From a virus, in IMG/VR virus record IMGVR_UViG_3300027708_000026, positions 64,001-128,000 of that record: a stretch of 64,000 bases of DNA, one strand, 5' to 3'. The notes under the pieces were generated by a model that had not been told where the DNA came from, searched no databases, and worked only from the letters and a program-made list of their open reading frames with translations. Shown here in pieces: positions 1 through 9,896 of this stretch. A program made the translations under genes and the position numbers. How positions within the stretch are numbered: position 1 is the first letter of the stretch; every line of letters begins with the position of its first letter.

Positions 1-14
1 TCAAGGAGACATAA

Positions 15-1187
15 ATGTCACAACTATTAAATGAAAGATGGTCAGAGACCAAAGAAGCTCTGCTTGAAGGCCTACAAGGTACCCGTCGTAGTTCTATGCA
101 GGTTTGCTTAGAAAATACACGTAGGTATTTGGCTGAAAGCGCAACAGCTGGTGCAACCAGCTCTGGAAACATTGCTACACTAAACCGTGTGATTCTTCCA
201 GTTATCCGTCGTGTTATGCCAACCGTTATCGCTAACGAAATCATCGGTGTTCAACCAATGACTGGCCCAGTAGCACAAATTCACACTCTACGTGTTCGCT
301 ATGCTGATTCTTCAACTGAAGTCACAGCTGGTGAAGAGGCACTAAGTCCATTCAAGATTGCTAGCGCATACTCTGGTAATGATGGTTCACCTGCTAAAGC
401 TGCTGTAACAAGCCAGCTAGAAGGTCAACCAGGCAAGCGTATGTCCATTCAAATCTTGAAGACACCAGTCGAAGCTAAGTCTCGTAAACTAAGCGCTCGC
501 TGGACGTTTGAAGCTGCTCAAGATGCACAAGCCCAACAAGGTATTGACATCGAAGCAGAAATCATGGCTGCACTAGCACAAGAAATCACAACTGAAATCG
601 ACCAAGAAATCCTAGGAAGCCTACGCTCACTAGCCAACGTCGAACAGACATATGACCAGTCTCTAGTATCTGGTACTGCTACATTCGTAGGTGACGAGCA
701 CGCTGCTCTAGCGATTCTAATCAATCGTACAGCTAACTTGATCGCTCAACGTACACGTCGCGGTGCAGCTAACTGGGCTGTTATCTCTAACCAAGCACTG
801 ACAATTCTACAATCTGCTACTACCAGCGCTTTTGCTCGTACAACAGAAGGTACATTTGAAGCTCCTACAAACACCAAGTTTGTTGGTACATTGAATGGCG
901 CTATGCGTGTTTATGTTGACGCTTATCTAAGTGATGCAAGCGATGCAAACCAAGTTCTAGTTGGATACAAAGGTTCTAGCGAAGCAGATGCTGCTGCGTT
1001 CTATTGCCCATACATTCCTCTAATGAGCTCTGGTGTTGTTCTAGATCCAGCAACCTTCGAGCCAGTCGTTGGCTTCTTGACACGCTACGGCTATGTTGAG
1101 TTGACCAATGCAGCTAGCTCACTAGGTAACGCTGCTGACTATCTAGGCCGTGTTGCTATCACTAGCGCAAACGTTTCCTTCCAATAA
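15..1187 (+). CDS. gp23: Major capsid protein (T4 gp23-like)
   Basis: Motifs IIGVQPMTGP, AKSRKLSARWTFEAAQD, EITTEIDQEIL, AAFYCPYIPL and TRYG; Shine-Dalgarno (SD) AAGGAG upstream; likely prohead-protease site LAE/S near the N-terminus. Confidence 0.97.
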   Translation: MSQLLNERWSETKEALLEGLQGTRRSSMQVCLENTRRYLAESATAGATSSGNIATLNRVILPVIRRVMPTVIANEIIGVQPMTGPVAQIHTLRVRYADSSTEVTAGEEALSPFKIASAYSGNDGSPAKAAVTSQLEGQPGKRMSIQILKTPVEAKSRKLSARWTFEAAQDAQAQQGIDIEAEIMAALAQEITTEIDQEILGSLRSLANVEQTYDQSLVSGTATFVGDEHAALAILINRTANLIAQRTRRGAANWAVISNQALTILQSATTSAFARTTEGTFEAPTNTKFVGTLNGAMRVYVDAYLSDASDANQVLVGYKGSSEADAAAFYCPYIPLMSSGVVLDPATFEPVVGFLTRYGYVELTNAASSLGNAADYLGRVAITSANVSFQ

Positions 1188-1210
1188 TCCATTATTGGCG
1201 TAAACAACAG

Positions 1211-1233
1211 AAGCCCACTTCGGTGGGCTTTTT
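1211..1233 (+). terminator. Rho-independent terminator after gp23
   Basis: AAGCCCAC-TTCG-GTGGGCTT followed by a T run. Confidence 0.9.
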
Positions 1234-1246
1234 GTTGACTGAAAAC

Positions 1247-1252
1247 TAAATA
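1247..1252 (+). promoter_or_regulatory. T4-late-like promoter core (TAAATA)
   Basis: TAAATA lies just after the terminator, and the same hexamer recurs upstream of many structural genes. The T4 late consensus is TATAAATA. Confidence 0.65.
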
Positions 1253-1260
1253 CTCTGTAC

Positions 1261-1317
1261 AGCTTGCATTGGGCAAGTTTTATGCAGAAATCCAACTGCG
1301 TACGGCCTAGAACGCCG
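1261..1317 (+). ncRNA. Candidate structured cis-regulatory leader RNA (three hairpins with a possible kissing loop)
   Basis: Stems 1261-1267/1273-1279, 1281-1287/1296-1302 and 1303-1306/1314-1317. Loop TTGG (1269-1272) is complementary to loop CCAA (1292-1295). Confidence 0.5.
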
Positions 1318-1343
1318 TGTTTACTTATTTTAGGAGAAACAAA

Positions 1344-2255
1344 ATGGGACGTCCAATTAAAAAGAAATTCTTTGGTAGTTTAACTACCCCTTACCAAAAT
1401 CATGCTACTGGCGGCAAAACTGGCGTTGGTGGTGAAGGTGTAGCATCAGTCACTATTTCAAACAGCGGTACATTTTATTCACAAGGCGCAGCCGTAACAT
1501 TTGGAGCACCAAATATTACTGGCGGCATCCGTGCAACTGGTACACCAATCGTGGGTACAGGCATCAATGTTGGTAAAATCATGGGATTCAATATCACTAA
1601 TGCTGGTTCTGGTTATACAGGAACTGTTAGCATATCTGTTACCACTGCAACCGGTGTTACAAGTGCAACAACAGGTACAAGCGGCGCTCAATCAGTTTAT
1701 CCAGCAACTACTACCGGCATTCAAGTTGGTATGCAAGTGTTTGGTGCTAACATCAGTGCAAGTGCTACATATGTCACTAGCATTTCAGGTAGCGTAGTCA
1801 ACATAACATGGCCAAATGCAGGAACAGTTAGTACCAGCGTTTTATTCCGTGATGTAGGTGCAAGTTTCGCAAGCTCAGCAGTTGGGTTAACTAGTAATCG
1901 TCAAGATGCAATCACTATCGTTTCTTACTTGTCAACAGCTAGTCAATCACGTAGCGGCGGCGATATTATGAAACAAGAATCTAGCCGTAGATATCTAGTT
2001 CAAAATTCTGATGGTAAAGGTATTTGTACATTGAGTACTGGTACACTGACAGCAGGTAAAATGCATATTATTGCTACAGACTTTGGCGGTGCAACTTATT
2101 ATGTAACCAAGCTAACTGCTCATAAAGCCACTGTTGCTAACAGAACCAGCACTAGTACAGCTTATCTATCCACTGGTAGAGTCGCTAAGTGGACGCTTGG
2201 CGCTGCAACTGGTACAGGTGTCAACACCGTGATCAGTCTAGCTCATACTATCTAA
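1344..2255 (+). CDS. Putative virion structural/decoration protein
   Basis: Start moved to ATG 1344 because SD TAGGAG precedes it. Thr/Gly/Ser-rich beta protein with TISNSGTFY and ITNAGSGY repeats typical of T4-like structural proteins; directly downstream of gp23. Confidence 0.6.
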   Translation: MGRPIKKKFFGSLTTPYQNHATGGKTGVGGEGVASVTISNSGTFYSQGAAVTFGAPNITGGIRATGTPIVGTGINVGKIMGFNITNAGSGYTGTVSISVTTATGVTSATTGTSGAQSVYPATTTGIQVGMQVFGANISASATYVTSISGSVVNITWPNAGTVSTSVLFRDVGASFASSAVGLTSNRQDAITIVSYLSTASQSRSGGDIMKQESSRRYLVQNSDGKGICTLSTGTLTAGKMHIIATDFGGATYYVTKLTAHKATVANRTSTSTAYLSTGRVAKWTLGAATGTGVNTVISLAHTI

Positions 2256-2278
2256 AATATTTTTAATTTTAGAAGAAC

Positions 2279-2300
2279 GGGGCTCTTAGGAGCCCTTTTC
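2279..2300 (+). terminator. Rho-independent terminator
   Basis: GGGGCTC-TTAG-GAGCCCT-TTTC. Confidence 0.75.
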
Positions 2301-2338
2301 ATTTAGTATGCATAATTCTGAATTAGGTAAATACTGGT

Positions 2339-2869
2339 ATGACTACCGAGTGGACTACACCTACAATCTTTTCACAATATGTTGAATCTGGGGCAGAAAC
2401 TGCACATGTTTCGTGGAACGATTCTAATGGTTGGGCTGCATTATTAAATCGTAATGTTAATGAAAGAATTGGTACCAATGGTACACTAGCACATATTGCA
2501 CGAAGTCCTAAACATGATATATTGACTAAAACTTATTATGTGAAATGTCGGGGTTTTAATTTTGTCAATTTACCAGATTCGCCCTCTGGTATAGAACTTA
2601 AATTAACCACACAACGTCGAGGCAGAGTAACTGATGACACAATACAGTTATGTTTTGATGATAGAACAATTGGTGATAATCAAGCAAATTTAATTGTAGA
2701 TCCAGTTAAAATATATGGCAGTAGTACAAGTTTATGGAGTGTAGAAAATTTATCTATGTCAACAATACAAGATTTAAAATTTGGAGTAGTAGTAAGATTG
2801 CAGTCTCATCCCAATTACCCTCATCGTGATGAGGCGTATATCAATGCTGTTGAATTGAGAATCCATTAA
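2339..2869 (+). CDS. Hypothetical protein, probably structural
   Basis: 176-aa ORF in the structural cluster; TAAATA (2328-2333) lies 5 nt before the ATG and there is no SD. Confidence 0.55.
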   Translation: MTTEWTTPTIFSQYVESGAETAHVSWNDSNGWAALLNRNVNERIGTNGTLAHIARSPKHDILTKTYYVKCRGFNFVNLPDSPSGIELKLTTQRRGRVTDDTIQLCFDDRTIGDNQANLIVDPVKIYGSSTSLWSVENLSMSTIQDLKFGVVVRLQSHPNYPHRDEAYINAVELRIH

Positions 2870-2897
2870 TCAAATAAATACTCTAAAGGAATAAGAA

Positions 2898-5800
2898 ATG
2901 GCTACTATCACAGTATCAGGAACAAGATCACAAACTCCCGGCGGTCCAAGTGCAGTATCAGCGCCTACTGGTAGCATCAACTTAAATTCCACGATTACTA
3001 ATGTTTCCGGGCAATTGAATGTTGGCAGCAATTCGACTATAGGCGGAAGTTCATCAGTTGGTGGAAATTTTTATGTCACCGGTAGCAGTTCCTTAACAAA
3101 TCAAGTTGTTATATCGAGTACACTTAGTTCAGTTAGTACTACCACAGGTGCATTGGTAGTTGGTGGTGGAGTTGGAATTGGACAGAATTTAAATGTTGGT
3201 GGTAATGCAGTAATAACAGGTACTGTAGTAGTTTACAATAATGTATCTATCACAGGAACTATCGCAGTTCTAGGAAGTACTACAACTGTCATTATCAACG
3301 CAAATGATAATAATGTAGGTAACCCATTAGGTGTTGAATACACCACTACAAATGTTTATGGAACTATCGATCAAAGATTAAAAGGTGCAGTATATGTTGG
3401 TGGTGGTGTTGGTATTGAAAAAGATTTGAATGTTGGCGGATACATCTATGGTCGAGTAGCCAAATCAGATCAAACTGCTCAAACACTAGTCACATCTACT
3501 AATGTAGACGAAGTATTTTATCCTACATTCGTTAACAAATTAGGTATTAGTACAGCAACATTTAGCTATACTTATATTGATAACATAAACACCGGCACCG
3601 GAGGTACTACTAGTACTGGTGGGTTAACATATAATCCTTATTCTGGATTATTGACAACATTTAATGCAAATATATCTGGCCCACAAAATAGTGTCAGTAC
3701 TGAAACCGGAGCACTTACCGTAGCCGGCGGTGTCGGTATTGCTAAAGATACTCACATTGGTGGCAAGGCCTATGTCGCTGAACTAATTACCAATTTAATA
3801 TCTAGCCAAACCGGTCCAATAGCTATCAAACCTGAAGGTGGTGAGACTGATATCTATGGTGAAATTAATGTTCGCGGCGGCAAAAAGCCTCTTGGAACTG
3901 CACCGGTTGTTACAAATACATTGTACGTAACTATGGACGGGGATGACACCAATGACGGTCGTGCCCAAGATCCAAGCCGGGCTTGTCGTACAATCGGCGG
4001 AGCAATGAAAAGCTCGTACTACCAACCTGGCACACAAATTAGAGTAAGCGCCGGTCATTATTTTGAAGATAATCCATTACCGATGAAACCATATACATCG
4101 GTAATGGGTAGTGATATTCGTACGACAGAGATTGAGCCAATTAATAAAACTCAAGACTTGTTTCATGTTAATTCTGGATGCTACCTAGCGTTCATGCAAT
4201 TCTGTCAAGGACGTAGCGGATTGCTTCCTGGTGATTATTATACATCAGATACTAATAGGGGAGCATATGCCACAGCATTCCCGCCCCAAACTGGTGACAA
4301 TAGAATTGATTTATTCCATAGCCCATACATTCAAAACTGTACAAATTTAAGCGGCCCGTGGTTAAAAGATGGTAGTTTGTTTCAACCCAATGGGACTGTT
4401 CAAATTCCTATCGTAGTGGGAACTGCTACTTGGGTTGCGAATACATCAAGCATGTTAGTCACATTGAATACTAGCCTAAGTACTAGTACAGTATTACAGG
4501 GAATGAGTGTTAATCAAGGACAACAAAACTTAGGATTTTTTAACGCACGTTCTTTATTGTTAGCAAATAAGCCATTCTTGCAATCACAAGTAGTCAGCTT
4601 TGTTGATCAAACTTTCAATAGTGGAAGTTTTGTTTACAACGCTGCCAGTTGCAGAAGAGATCTTGCGTTAATAGTTGATAGTGTTGCATTGGATTTAATT
4701 TATAATACTACCAGCGAAAGTATCTTTGCCGGTTTACAATATTGGAATCAAAATGGTTATACCGGTAGTATACTAAATCAATTAACAACTACGACCGCAG
4801 CAATATCACATGTAAGATCTTTAGCCTATAGTGTGGTCAATGCAATTGACGGTGCTTCGGCACTGATTGTGGATGCGGATTTTCAAGTTATATTAGATAT
4901 AATAAACAACGGAACTGCCGGTGTTTCTAACATCATTGTTACAAATGGTGAGAAAACTGCCAATACAACATTGTTAAATTGTTACAATGCATTGATTGCT
5001 GCAAAGCCTACGATTGCTAGTCAAACTGTAGCATGGATTACAGCAAACAATCCAACTTTTACATTTAATACTTCGACATGCTATCGAGATATTCAATACA
5101 TGATTGACAGTGTGGCATTTGATTTAAGCCACCCTAATAATATCAGCGGGGCACCAAGTAATAAACAAGCAGTTAAGTCAGGTGTATATTATTACAATTT
5201 TGATTCAACGTCTACGGCTGTGCCCAACGAAGTTCCACAAGTTGTGTCAGCTTACAATTATCTAAGATCTATAATACCAAATATTGTCACTGGTGTCGAA
5301 CTACCTAAAAAATACAGCTTATCAACACAAAGCACTACTGGATATACATCGGCAACAATTTACGAATCTGGATTGATACAAGACAAACTAGATCTAATCA
5401 CTAACATTATTAGAAATGGTCCAAGTGCAGTTTCTGATAAAATTCCAATGCCACTAACTCAGAGTGGGAACATTGTATTACTTAATGCCTATAGATTATT
5501 AGAGGCGAACATAACATTCTTACAAGATGAAATTATAGCATATATTGATAGTCAGTTTAATAATTTTGATTATAACAGGCAAATTTGTTACAGGGATGTT
5601 GGCATTTTAGTAGAGAATGTCTCTTACGATGCAACATTTGGCGGTAACGAAAAATCTATTGAAGCAGGCCTGGCATATTGGAACGGTGCTATCAGCAAAA
5701 TATCTGGACAAGAAACACAGACCATAAGTGCTATTGATTATCTAAATAGCCTATGTCAACGAGTCATCACTAATACTACATGTACTGTACTGTCTCCAGT

Positions 5801-8800
5801 TGTAGGTATCAAACCAGGTGTGCAGGTAATAAACACTGTGTTGATAGGTGGAGAAGTTTCTAGTACAAGTATTGGCAATCTGTTTAATATTATCACTAGA
5901 CTCATACAAACTGGTAGCGGAGATGAATTCATCAAACAAGGTAGCTCTGCAATTGATGCAGCATATCTAAGTGCTGAAGTACTAATGCAGGCCAACAGGG
6001 CATTTATACAAGAAGACACAATCAATTGGATCAATAACAATTACCAAACTTTTCCTTACAATGCTATCAAGTGCAAGAGGGATACTGGCGTAATTATTGA
6101 TTCTGTTGTCACAGATTTATTATTTCCCACACCTGAATACAGTCAAAGCACATTCGCAGGTTTACAATATTACATACAGAGCAATTTGGTCGGGGCAGTC
6201 CCAGATCAATATCATCAAACAGTACAAGCAGTTGAGTACCTAAAAGAATTAAGTGCCAAGGTTATACAAAATATCACACCAGCTGACGATTTAGTCAGCC
6301 GATATCAAACAGCTGAGCCTCAAATTACTAATTTAGAACCAGGAACCTATTCTGATGCTAAAAAAGTTATGGCAAATTATGACATCATACTTGAAATATT
6401 AAACGGTAATATCACTGGCTGGACTGATAAACTTATATTTGGGTTTACTGCTAGTAAATTCTTAAGTGTACAAAATGCTTATGCAGTTTTACAGGCCAAC
6501 GCTACATATTTGGCCAAAGAAGTGGTTGCTTACATTAATGCAACTAACCCAGGTTTTGCTGCTACATATGATAATGCAAAATGTGAAAGAGATGTTGGGT
6601 ATATGAATACCAGTGTTTGTTTCGACTTGCTATACGGCGGAAATAAACAAAGTATCCAGTCGGGATTAAACTACTATGGATATGTAGGAAATATATCTAA
6701 CATCGTTAACGAAACTACTGCTACAATCGCAGCGTTTAATCACCTATCTATCATAGCTTCAGACATCATACAAAATATTTTAATTACGCCACTACAAACA
6801 ACTGTACAGCAAGTAATAACAACAACTACATCAACCGTTGGCGTAGCCAATCTTTTTGCCCGAGCAATTAGTACAGTTACAGATATCATCAGTAATGGAA
6901 CAACAGTTGCAGCTACTAGACTAGTACCTGTTAGCTTAACGAGATCTACAACACCGGCGACATTGGTTGGGGCAGACAATATTTTAGCCAATAAAGACTT
7001 TTTAAAAGCAGAAGTAATCGCCTACATAAATCAAACTTTTGAAGGCCCATCGTCATTCTTCTATGATCAAGAAAAGTGTTATAGAGACACTGGATTAATT
7101 GTCGATGCAGTTAGTCAAGATATACTATTAGGCGGGAATCAAAAGTCTGTTGAGGCAGGACTGTCCTATTGGTCCGCAGGTTATAACTATGTAACTGGAC
7201 AGGAAACTACTACAACCGCAGCAATTAACCATGCACGGGACATTGCATTACAAATTATTGCCAATCAGACAGTTACTCCTCAGCTACAAACTGAAGCAAC
7301 GCAAATCATTAACACTTTCTATGACTATGGTCAGGATTACATGCCACAACAGGCCATAAGACGTAATTTTGGCATCATTACAAATATAATTGAAAAAGGT
7401 CCGTTATATGCTCCGTCTATATATCCAGGCAGCGCACTGGCTAATACGACTGGATTAAATGCTCTAGATGTTCAAATTGCTCCGTTGGTTACAAGTGTAA
7501 AATTAGTAAACACTGCAACAAACACCTACCTAATTGGATTAGATATTGTCACTGTTGGATTTGCCAATAATGCTACTTTATATTTTGGTGATAGTTCTAT
7601 ATACCCAATGCAAGATTATCAAGTTGAAGAACTTTCTTTAGAATATACCGGAAATGCTAACACATGGGATATGCGTAAAGTTGATTCTATTGGCGGTATG
7701 GGAGGCAGTTTAGTTGATGGTGCTGTTATATCTGAACGTAGTCCGATCAATTCTTTTGTTTACGATGCATATACTCAGCTGACCCAGGGCGGGCGCGGAG
7801 TACGTATTACTAATAATGGTTATGCACAGTTAGTTTCTGTATTCACAATTTTCTCAAGTGTTGGTGTACAAGTTGATAATGGCGGCATTGCTAGTATTGT
7901 TAACAGTAATGCCAATTTTGGTGATCTGTGCCTAGTTGCTAAAGGTTATGGTACCAGAAAGTTCAGCGGTACCGTTTACAATCCTAAATTTAAAGCATAT
8001 CCAGATAGCCCGGGAGTTAACGGATATAATCAATATTATCCAAATGGATTCTGGCCAAACAATGCCCGAGTAGAAATTTTTGTTCCTGATTTAGATAATA
8101 GACCACACATCAGTTTGGTAATGGAAGTTGTACCAGATGAAGGTCATATCAATGAGCAAGGGTTCCCCGGGTTCTTAACAGCCCAGCCCAATCTTGCTAC
8201 ATTAACAACTGGATCTATTACGATTACTGGTATCGATACAGCTGGAATTTCTATAGGAAACTTTGTATATATTAGAGATCAATTTGCATCTACATTTGAT
8301 AAGTTTCAGTATGTACATGATCAAATTGGAAATTATTTAGATATAAATGGTAATATCACTACAGACCCCGCCCAATATATCGTCAATGCTAACTATGGAA
8401 TACCATATATTGCCACTGGGACATATGTTACGAATGTTAGTTATGCATCTGTCACATTAAACTATGCATTGCCAACTGGCGGCGGATTCCCTGGTAATGA
8501 TAATTATTTCACATTCTATTTCTGCGGTAACGCCTATTATACTGTATTAAGCAGCACAGTTGCTAACAATCCAAAAACTCCTAATACTAATATTATCGGA
8601 AGTGCCAACACATCAACTGATCAAGTGGCTGCACATATCGATTCTTTACAATATTTGAATAGTTTAATAGATAAAGTTATTGGAAATGTTACAGTTGCAG
8701 TACAACCACTAAACTCTACTAGCATACAAACTTTCTTACCTTTAGTGGTAGGTGGTGCTAACGCAGCATCGTTTATTGATTTACGATTTGGAGAGATGAC

Positions 8801-9485
8801 TTCTATAATAGGTGCTACTCCTAGCACCTATGCAACCATAGTGCCACCTAAACTGATCAAGAAAACTGGAACAGTTCCTTTGGGATCTGGCAATGCGATA
8901 GAACTAATCAATGCAAACAAAACTTTCCTAGCTGATCAAGTGACAGCATATGTTATGAATGTTTATAGAAATCCAGGAGTGTTTGATTATGATGAGGCTA
9001 AATGCCGACGAGACGTATTCTTAATACTACAAGAACTAATATATGATCTAGAGTCTGGTGGAAATTACCACAGTGTATTCTCAGGTTTAAGTTACTGGTC
9101 TAGGGACGGTACACATCATATCGTACAGATGGGCGAGAACGTAACAAGGAACGATTTATTCCCTGATGGTGCTACTGTTAATTTCTATCAACGTAGTTAC
9201 ATCAGCGCAAGCGGATATGTTTTTGAATATGTGGGAGCAGGCACCAATTATGGAGCATTGCCGCAATTTGGAGTCGCTGATCCGGTACAAGGTAAAGAAG
9301 TTGTACAGTTAGACAACGGAGCGGTGTTCTTTACATCAACAGATCAAAACGGTGACTTCCGTATTGGTCCTGGATTAGTTATCAGTCAAGCAACAGGTGT
9401 TCTAAGCGGTAGAACATTTACCAAGTCGCTGTTTGCCAATATGACACCATTTATATTGGCAATTGAAGGCGGCGGCGGATTTTAA
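2898..9485 (+). CDS. Giant virion protein: fibre-repeat N-terminus, pectin-lyase-like beta-helix, seven helical CxRD repeats
   Basis: TGALxVxGGVGI repeats; beta-helix motifs LYVTMDGDDTNDG, SPYIQNCT and DAYTQLTQGGRGVRITNNGYAQLVS; C-terminal VFFTSTDQNGDFRIG motif; TAAATA 2875-2880 plus SD. Confidence 0.75.
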   Translation: MATITVSGTRSQTPGGPSAVSAPTGSINLNSTITNVSGQLNVGSNSTIGGSSSVGGNFYVTGSSSLTNQVVISSTLSSVSTTTGALVVGGGVGIGQNLNVGGNAVITGTVVVYNNVSITGTIAVLGSTTTVIINANDNNVGNPLGVEYTTTNVYGTIDQRLKGAVYVGGGVGIEKDLNVGGYIYGRVAKSDQTAQTLVTSTNVDEVFYPTFVNKLGISTATFSYTYIDNINTGTGGTTSTGGLTYNPYSGLLTTFNANISGPQNSVSTETGALTVAGGVGIAKDTHIGGKAYVAELITNLISSQTGPIAIKPEGGETDIYGEINVRGGKKPLGTAPVVTNTLYVTMDGDDTNDGRAQDPSRACRTIGGAMKSSYYQPGTQIRVSAGHYFEDNPLPMKPYTSVMGSDIRTTEIEPINKTQDLFHVNSGCYLAFMQFCQGRSGLLPGDYYTSDTNRGAYATAFPPQTGDNRIDLFHSPYIQNCTNLSGPWLKDGSLFQPNGTVQIPIVVGTATWVANTSSMLVTLNTSLSTSTVLQGMSVNQGQQNLGFFNARSLLLANKPFLQSQVVSFVDQTFNSGSFVYNAASCRRDLALIVDSVALDLIYNTTSESIFAGLQYWNQNGYTGSILNQLTTTTAAISHVRSLAYSVVNAIDGASALIVDADFQVILDIINNGTAGVSNIIVTNGEKTANTTLLNCYNALIAAKPTIASQTVAWITANNPTFTFNTSTCYRDIQYMIDSVAFDLSHPNNISGAPSNKQAVKSGVYYYNFDSTSTAVPNEVPQVVSAYNYLRSIIPNIVTGVELPKKYSLSTQSTTGYTSATIYESGLIQDKLDLITNIIRNGPSAVSDKIPMPLTQSGNIVLLNAYRLLEANITFLQDEIIAYIDSQFNNFDYNRQICYRDVGILVENVSYDATFGGNEKSIEAGLAYWNGAISKISGQETQTISAIDYLNSLCQRVITNTTCTVLSPVVGIKPGVQVINTVLIGGEVSSTSIGNLFNIITRLIQTGSGDEFIKQGSSAIDAAYLSAEVLMQANRAFIQEDTINWINNNYQTFPYNAIKCKRDTGVIIDSVVTDLLFPTPEYSQSTFAGLQYYIQSNLVGAVPDQYHQTVQAVEYLKELSAKVIQNITPADDLVSRYQTAEPQITNLEPGTYSDAKKVMANYDIILEILNGNITGWTDKLIFGFTASKFLSVQNAYAVLQANATYLAKEVVAYINATNPGFAATYDNAKCERDVGYMNTSVCFDLLYGGNKQSIQSGLNYYGYVGNISNIVNETTATIAAFNHLSIIASDIIQNILITPLQTTVQQVITTTTSTVGVANLFARAISTVTDIISNGTTVAATRLVPVSLTRSTTPATLVGADNILANKDFLKAEVIAYINQTFEGPSSFFYDQEKCYRDTGLIVDAVSQDILLGGNQKSVEAGLSYWSAGYNYVTGQETTTTAAINHARDIALQIIANQTVTPQLQTEATQIINTFYDYGQDYMPQQAIRRNFGIITNIIEKGPLYAPSIYPGSALANTTGLNALDVQIAPLVTSVKLVNTATNTYLIGLDIVTVGFANNATLYFGDSSIYPMQDYQVEELSLEYTGNANTWDMRKVDSIGGMGGSLVDGAVISERSPINSFVYDAYTQLTQGGRGVRITNNGYAQLVSVFTIFSSVGVQVDNGGIASIVNSNANFGDLCLVAKGYGTRKFSGTVYNPKFKAYPDSPGVNGYNQYYPNGFWPNNARVEIFVPDLDNRPHISLVMEVVPDEGHINEQGFPGFLTAQPNLATLTTGSITITGIDTAGISIGNFVYIRDQFASTFDKFQYVHDQIGNYLDINGNITTDPAQYIVNANYGIPYIATGTYVTNVSYASVTLNYALPTGGGFPGNDNYFTFYFCGNAYYTVLSSTVANNPKTPNTNIIGSANTSTDQVAAHIDSLQYLNSLIDKVIGNVTVAVQPLNSTSIQTFLPLVVGGANAASFIDLRFGEMTSIIGATPSTYATIVPPKLIKKTGTVPLGSGNAIELINANKTFLADQVTAYVMNVYRNPGVFDYDEAKCRRDVFLILQELIYDLESGGNYHSVFSGLSYWSRDGTHHIVQMGENVTRNDLFPDGATVNFYQRSYISASGYVFEYVGAGTNYGALPQFGVADPVQGKEVVQLDNGAVFFTSTDQNGDFRIGPGLVISQATGVLSGRTFTKSLFANMTPFILAIEGGGGF
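4650..9100 (+). repeat. Seven helical protein repeats with consensus (Y/F)xxxxCxRDxxxxxxxVxxDxxxGGNxxSxxxGLxYW
   Basis: Cys codons at 4650, 5079, 5586, 6072, 6582, 7077 and 9003. Confidence 0.9.
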
Positions 9486-9497
9486 AAAGGATAAATC

Positions 9498-9878
9498 ATG
9501 GCGTTAATTCCATTAAATCAGTTTAGGACAATGACAGCTGTCTTAACTACAAGTACCTCGACAACAATTTATACATCACCTGTTGGAGTCACTAGTATTG
9601 TTCTCATGGCACAAGTTTCAAATAGGGGAACACAAACAAATGCTATAAGTTTTATACATAGTAGAAACATTCCTATACAACAAAATGCGCAGGGTAAGAA
9701 TGGGCAACCTATTGGCGACAGCTATCTAGTAGAAGAATATGGGTTACCGCCCCATGATGCAGTTAATTTATTGAGCGGTAAATTAGTTATAGAAACATTG
9801 GACAGTGTCAAAGCATATGCTTCTAAGGCAGGCGAATGTACACTTGTGCTAAGTATACTTGAAAGCTCTAATCAATAA
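9498..9878 (+). CDS. Small putative structural protein
   Basis: 126 aa, IYTSPVGVTSIVLMAQVSN beta-sandwich-like pattern, SD AAGGA, within the fibre cluster. Confidence 0.55.
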   Translation: MALIPLNQFRTMTAVLTTSTSTTIYTSPVGVTSIVLMAQVSNRGTQTNAISFIHSRNIPIQQNAQGKNGQPIGDSYLVEEYGLPPHDAVNLLSGKLVIETLDSVKAYASKAGECTLVLSILESSNQ

Positions 9879-9896
9879 AAATAAGTGAGATAACAC

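Noticed and set aside
4650-9100. Calling the phage a cyanophage from the phycobiliprotein-like repeats
   Set aside because: There are no photosynthesis or other cyanophage marker genes in the window, and motif similarity alone does not identify the host.
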